Virus record (IMG/VR): IMGVR_UViG_2529293139_000004
Location: 1-9,910 of that record
Origin: a virus
Lineage: Duplodnaviria > Heunggongvirae > Uroviricota > Caudoviricetes
Reading direction: 5' to 3' (one strand)
DNA: 9,910 bases
A program made the translations under genes and the position numbers. Every line of letters begins with the position of its first letter. Positions within the stretch are counted from its first letter, which is position 1. This document shows, piece after piece, positions 6,480 through 9,910 of the stretch. Below the pieces are notes generated by a model. The model saw nothing but the letters and a program-made list of their open reading frames with translations, was not told where the DNA came from and did no database searches.

Positions 6480-7040
6480 ATGAAAACAATCGAACAAAAA
6501 CTTGAACAGCGCCGCGAGTGGCAGAAGGCAGCCAGAGAACGAGCGATCGCTCGGCAACGGGAAAAGTTGGCTGACCCCGCCTGGCGAGAATCGCAATATC
6601 AGAAAATGCGGGATTCTATCGACCGCCGTATCGCTAAACAGAAAGAGTGCCCACCAGCCAGCAAAACGCGGAAAAGTGCGGTAAAAATAAAATCTCGTGG
6701 CTTGAAGGGACGAACACCGACGGCAGAGGAACGGCACATAGCCAATGCTCTTGGCGCTCTCCCCTGCATTGCGTGCTATATGCATGGAGTAATATCTGAA
6801 GAGGTGTCTCTGCACCATATTTCCGGTCGTACCGCGCCTGGTTGTCACAAAAAGCAATTGCCACTTTGTAGATGGCACCACCAGCATGCAGCACCGGCTG
6901 AAGTAAGAGCAAAATACCCCTGGCTGGTCCCTGTTCATGCCGATGGAGTGGTTGGAGGCAAGAAAGAATTCACCCTGCTGAACAAGTCAGAGATGGAGTT
7001 ACTGGCTGACGCCTATGAGATGGAAACTTTATTAGTCTAA
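6480..7040 (+). CDS. ref: Ref, RecA-dependent HNH endonuclease (recombination enhancement function), 186 aa
   Basis: 186-aa product with basic N-terminus and the HNH core (...CRWHHQH...); matches size and sequence character of P1 Ref. Confidence 0.92.
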   Translation: MKTIEQKLEQRREWQKAARERAIARQREKLADPAWRESQYQKMRDSIDRRIAKQKECPPASKTRKSAVKIKSRGLKGRTPTAEERHIANALGALPCIACYMHGVISEEVSLHHISGRTAPGCHKKQLPLCRWHHQHAAPAEVRAKYPWLVPVHADGVVGGKKEFTLLNKSEMELLADAYEMETLLV

Positions 7041-7108
7041 TATATTTATTATTTCTGTTTTTATTAAAACTGAGTTTCTCTGTTATTATCGAGAGTAGTT
7101 CTTCGTAT

Positions 7109-7876
7109 ATGGAGCATAAGCCAAATATGACAACGCACAAAATCCCAAAAAAATTTTGGGACAAAAAGATGGTTGAATGGCCATGTCCTAATTGCGGGCA
7201 AAAAACCCTGAGAATTTTAGACGAATCTTTCATCTGTAAGGACACTGCTGAAACTATCAAAATGCAGGCTGAGGAATGGTTTGACTTAGAGTATACAAGC
7301 TCGGTATTCAGTTGCATGTCACAGTGCGTAAGACCTCAATGTAAGGAGGTAGTGGCATGCACAGGCAGAAGTGGTCTAGAAGAAGATTGGGCCGAGCATA
7401 CAGGACTTTATTACTATCGCTGGTATGAACCATTAAGTTTTACTCCTGGGTTAAAGCTCTTTCTTATCCCGAACATGTGCCCTGAAGACATAGCCTTGCC
7501 TATAAACACCTCGTTTGCACTAAGCACAATCCATCCAGGTGCCGCTGCAAATCTAATAAGAACATCTGTAGAACGATTACTTACAGCTATCGGGGTAACG
7601 GAAACAAACGAAAAAGGGAATAGAATTAACCTCCATAATAGGATTGAGATGATCCCTAGTGAACATTCTGGCTTTAAAAGCCTGTTATTTGCGATTAAGT
7701 TTCTTGGAAATGCGGGTAGCCACCGCTATGAAAACGTTACCGCTGATGACTTGGATAACTCATACGAGATCATGAATTTTATTCTAAGAGATTTATATTC
7801 GGATAATCGCAAAAAGGTTAGTGAGTTAGCTAATAATCTAGACAAAAAATTTAATCCTCAAAAACAAAAAGGTTGA
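7109..7876 (+). CDS. 255-aa protein: N-terminal Cys-rich zinc-ribbon-like region plus C-terminal DUF4145-like helical domain; candidate accessory/defense gene
   Basis: CPNCGQ...C...CMSQCVRPQCKEVVAC in the N-terminal half. C-terminal AAANLIRTSVERLL...FAIKFLGNAGSH...YEIMNFILRDLY fits the DUF4145 pattern as I recall it. Gene is visibly AT-rich compared with flanking P1 core genes. Confidence 0.75.
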   Translation: MEHKPNMTTHKIPKKFWDKKMVEWPCPNCGQKTLRILDESFICKDTAETIKMQAEEWFDLEYTSSVFSCMSQCVRPQCKEVVACTGRSGLEEDWAEHTGLYYYRWYEPLSFTPGLKLFLIPNMCPEDIALPINTSFALSTIHPGAAANLIRTSVERLLTAIGVTETNEKGNRINLHNRIEMIPSEHSGFKSLLFAIKFLGNAGSHRYENVTADDLDNSYEIMNFILRDLYSDNRKKVSELANNLDKKFNPQKQKG

Positions 7877-7995
7877 CATCTGACAAGTGACTTCAGTCAG
7901 AATCATCACACGCCCGGTACGGATGGATCCCTTTTCAAATATTCCATGGACGGCACAGTCTGAGTACCGGGCGCTACCTTCCGTTGTATTGCTAA

Positions 7996-8020
7996 GCCGC
8001 CGCTGGTGGCTTTCTTTTTT
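7996..8020 (+). terminator. rho-independent terminator-like hairpin 12 nt upstream of the next start codon
   Basis: GCCGCC-GCT-GGTGGC (one G-U pair) followed by TTTCTTTTTT (8011-8020). Confidence 0.5.
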
Positions 8021-8031
8021 GTAGGGGCGCT

Positions 8032-8673
8032 ATGGATAAGAAAATATGCGTTGTTTCAATGAGCGTCGGCAAACCGGCGTCAATGACTGCTGCATGGATC
8101 AATAATGAGCTGATAATGGCTGAGCGGACCAGCTACCCTGAACGCCGCCGCGATATGGAACTCCAGCTGCTGCGCGAATTGCGAGAAAAAGAGGAAAAGA
8201 GTTTTATCGTGCTGGTGGAAGAGGAAAACAGCTTTATTACGGGTCGAGTTGGCCAGCGTGTAAGGTTGCGCGATCCCTTCATGAACGGCAGGCCGGTACT
8301 AATTGAAGCAATGCAGATTTACAAGGAGCTGGAACGCCAGAAAGCAATCAAGTTACCGCGCAAGGAATCCGGCAAATACATCCTCCACCAAAGCATCTTC
8401 GATTCCGAACACGATAAAAAAGGCGATGAATTTTTCAACATCAACTGGAGCGAAATAACGACAGAGCATGTTCTGACGTTACTATGTTGCTTTGTGACGG
8501 AATACAACAACGTTGCCAGCGCCGACTACATCAGGGCAATGGCTGGAGAAGTTGAGGCCCGCCAAGAACCATCGTTACTAAGTCCACTGATTAACATAAT
8601 TCTGGGCACCCAGATACTGGAACAAAAAAAAGTGCCGAAAGGGGTATTAACAGGCAAGCATAATTATTTTTAA
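8032..8673 (+). CDS. hypothetical 213-aa protein with no domain I can recognise
   Basis: ATG 8032 preceded by AGGGG. Long ORF with GC content typical of the P1 backbone, flanked by AT-rich genes. May be a core phage gene (mat-like position) or a partner of neighbouring genes. Confidence 0.7.
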   Translation: MDKKICVVSMSVGKPASMTAAWINNELIMAERTSYPERRRDMELQLLRELREKEEKSFIVLVEEENSFITGRVGQRVRLRDPFMNGRPVLIEAMQIYKELERQKAIKLPRKESGKYILHQSIFDSEHDKKGDEFFNINWSEITTEHVLTLLCCFVTEYNNVASADYIRAMAGEVEARQEPSLLSPLINIILGTQILEQKKVPKGVLTGKHNYF

Positions 8674-8766
8674 CAATTATATACAGTAATTTTGTGGTTA
8701 CATTCTCCATTGATTTTCTAACCGCTTTATCATTAGATGTAACAGCATGTAAATCATTTAAAATGG

Positions 8767-9657
8767 ATGAAAGCAATGGGGAATGAAGTTTATCAAAGTC
8801 AAAAATGCAAGTTGAAATATTCAAAATCTCAAATTGATAGGGCTGCTCAATTGATAAGGCACGGGTGTAGTGACGAAGAAAGGCAGCAATCTATTGAAAT
8901 GATACAAAATTTCCGTGAGCTGCATCTTTATCCATTAATGCTCATGAAAAATCATTTAGCAAGAGCAGCTGCTAAGGTTGACAAAGACAAAAAGATTCTC
9001 GTTGCAAGAAGACTTAAGCGACTTTCTACCATAATAGATAAACTAGAGCGTCCTAGTCTTGATGGAGGCAGAACTAGCAATGCAATTAAATTAACACGGA
9101 TGCAGGACGTTGGCGGATGTAGGGCCATTGTCAGAAACTTAGACCAGTTGATACAGCTAAAGGAACGTCTTTTAAAAAGCAAATCTGTTCATAGGATTGT
9201 TAAAGAGTATGATTATCTTACTCCCAAAGACAGCGGCTATAGTGGAATCCACCTTGCATACAGTTGCTTCGATCAGAAAGAGGATCAATATCCGTGGCGA
9301 AAAACAAAGATTGAGATACAGTTAAGAACTCAATTGCAGCATGCTTGGGCTACTAGCCTTGAAATAATTGATACCCTTGAAGGTATCAAGCTGAAAACTT
9401 CAAGTGAAGGGCATCCAGAATGGAGACGATTTTTCTATCTAGCCGGATGTCTTGTAGCGCACGACGAAAAAGCCTGCACTCTTGATGAGCTAGTTGTATC
9501 TCAGTATGAAGGCGAGCTTAAAGAGCTGGAACGGACTTTATCTGTACGGAGGAAACTAAGCACATACACCATCGCCGGTAGTGACTCCAACTTACTGATA
9601 GTGTTTTATGTTCAGATAATGCCCGATGACCTTGTCATGCAGCTCCACCGATTTTGA
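8767..9657 (+). CDS. RelA/SpoT-family nucleotidyltransferase (toxSAS/CapRel-like), 3' end interrupted by IS1: native codons 1-270 (8767-9576), then 26 IS1-derived codons
   Basis: Synthetase-domain motifs [33 protein letters not shown] and [13 protein letters not shown]. The IS1 IRR begins at 9577 inside the reading frame, so the last 26 aa and the stop are IS1 sequence. Confidence 0.8.
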   Translation: MKAMGNEVYQSQKCKLKYSKSQIDRAAQLIRHGCSDEERQQSIEMIQNFRELHLYPLMLMKNHLARAAAKVDKDKKILVARRLKRLSTIIDKLERPSLDGGRTSNAIKLTRMQDVGGCRAIVRNLDQLIQLKERLLKSKSVHRIVKEYDYLTPKDSGYSGIHLAYSCFDQKEDQYPWRKTKIEIQLRTQLQHAWATSLEIIDTLEGIKLKTSSEGHPEWRRFFYLAGCLVAHDEKACTLDELVVSQYEGELKELERTLSVRRKLSTYTIAGSDSNLLIVFYVQIMPDDLVMQLHRF

Positions 9658-9910
9658 GAACGACAGTGACTTCCGTCCCAGCCTTGCCAGATGTTGTCTC
9701 AGATTCAGATTATGTCGCTCAATGCGCTGAGTGTAACGCTTGCTGATAACGTGCAGCTTTCCCTTCAGGCGTGATTCATACAGCGGCCAGCCATCCGTCA
9801 TCCATACCACGACCTCAAAGGCCGACAGCAGGCTCAGAAGACGCGCCAGTGTGGCCAGAGTGCGTTCACCGAAAACGTGCGCCACAACTAGTCCTCCGTA
9901 TCCTGTCATA
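9577..9910 (-). mobile_element. IS1 insertion sequence, partial (IRR and 3' part of insB; continues beyond window end)
   Basis: GGTAGTGACTCCAACTTACTGAT at 9577-9599 is an IS1 right inverted repeat variant; the downstream sequence encodes the InsB C-terminus on the minus strand. Confidence 0.9.
9592..9910 (-). CDS. insB: IS1 transposase InsB, C-terminal portion (N-terminus beyond window)
   Basis: Minus-strand translation ...[98 protein letters not shown] matches IS1 InsB; stop codon lies within the IRR. Confidence 0.88.
   Translation of the reverse strand, partial: MTGYGGLVVAHVFGERTLATLARLLSLLSAFEVVVWMTDGWPLYESRLKGKLHVISKRYTQRIERHNLNLRQHLARLGRKSLSFSKSVELHDKVIGHYLNIKHYQ

Noticed and set aside
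6444-7317. ORFs 6444..6938(-), 6502..6684(+), 6634..6912(-), 6970..7317(-)
   Set aside because: Overlap ref, or the ref to 7109-gene junction, in other frames. Ref is clearly the real gene here.
8319-9182. ORFs 8319..8510(-), 8591..8824(-), 8952..9182(-)
   Set aside because: Antisense to the 213-aa gene and the RelA/SpoT gene; no RBS or domain signal.
9577-9657. Last 26 codons of the 296-aa RelA/SpoT ORF as genuine C-terminus
   Set aside because: These codons are IS1 inverted-repeat and insB-antisense sequence read through by chance, so the native protein is truncated rather than 296 aa long.
1-9910. CRISPR arrays, tRNA or rRNA genes
   Set aside because: No regularly spaced direct repeats, cloverleaf-compatible sequences or rRNA-like segments were seen.

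Overview
This window is a roughly 9.45 kb segment of a P1-like phage-plasmid, bracketed by two partial IS1 copies in the same orientation (1-124 and 9577-9910). All identifications are from reading the sequence and from memory of P1; no database search was run. Left to right: the phd-doc addiction module, a small ORF, a 347-aa Cys/His-rich protein, a C1-operated promoter driving a KilA-C-domain gene with an unresolved frame problem, then convergent c1 and coi, a cluster of C1 operators, an exact 34-bp loxP, a Dam-site cluster, a small ORF coupled to cre, a cre variant, a cra-like ORF and ref. Downstream of ref lies the most interesting part: three plus-strand genes of which two are visibly AT-rich. 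These are a zinc-ribbon plus DUF4145-like protein (7109-7876), a 213-aa unknown protein (8032-8673), and a RelA/SpoT-family (toxSAS/CapRel-like) nucleotidyltransferase whose 3' end is cut by the right-hand IS1 after codon 270. I see no terminase (pacA/pacB), pac site, CRISPR array, tRNA or rRNA, so the element looks packaging-defective or rearranged. The cluster at 7109-9576 is my best candidate for an undescribed or poorly described anti-phage module.
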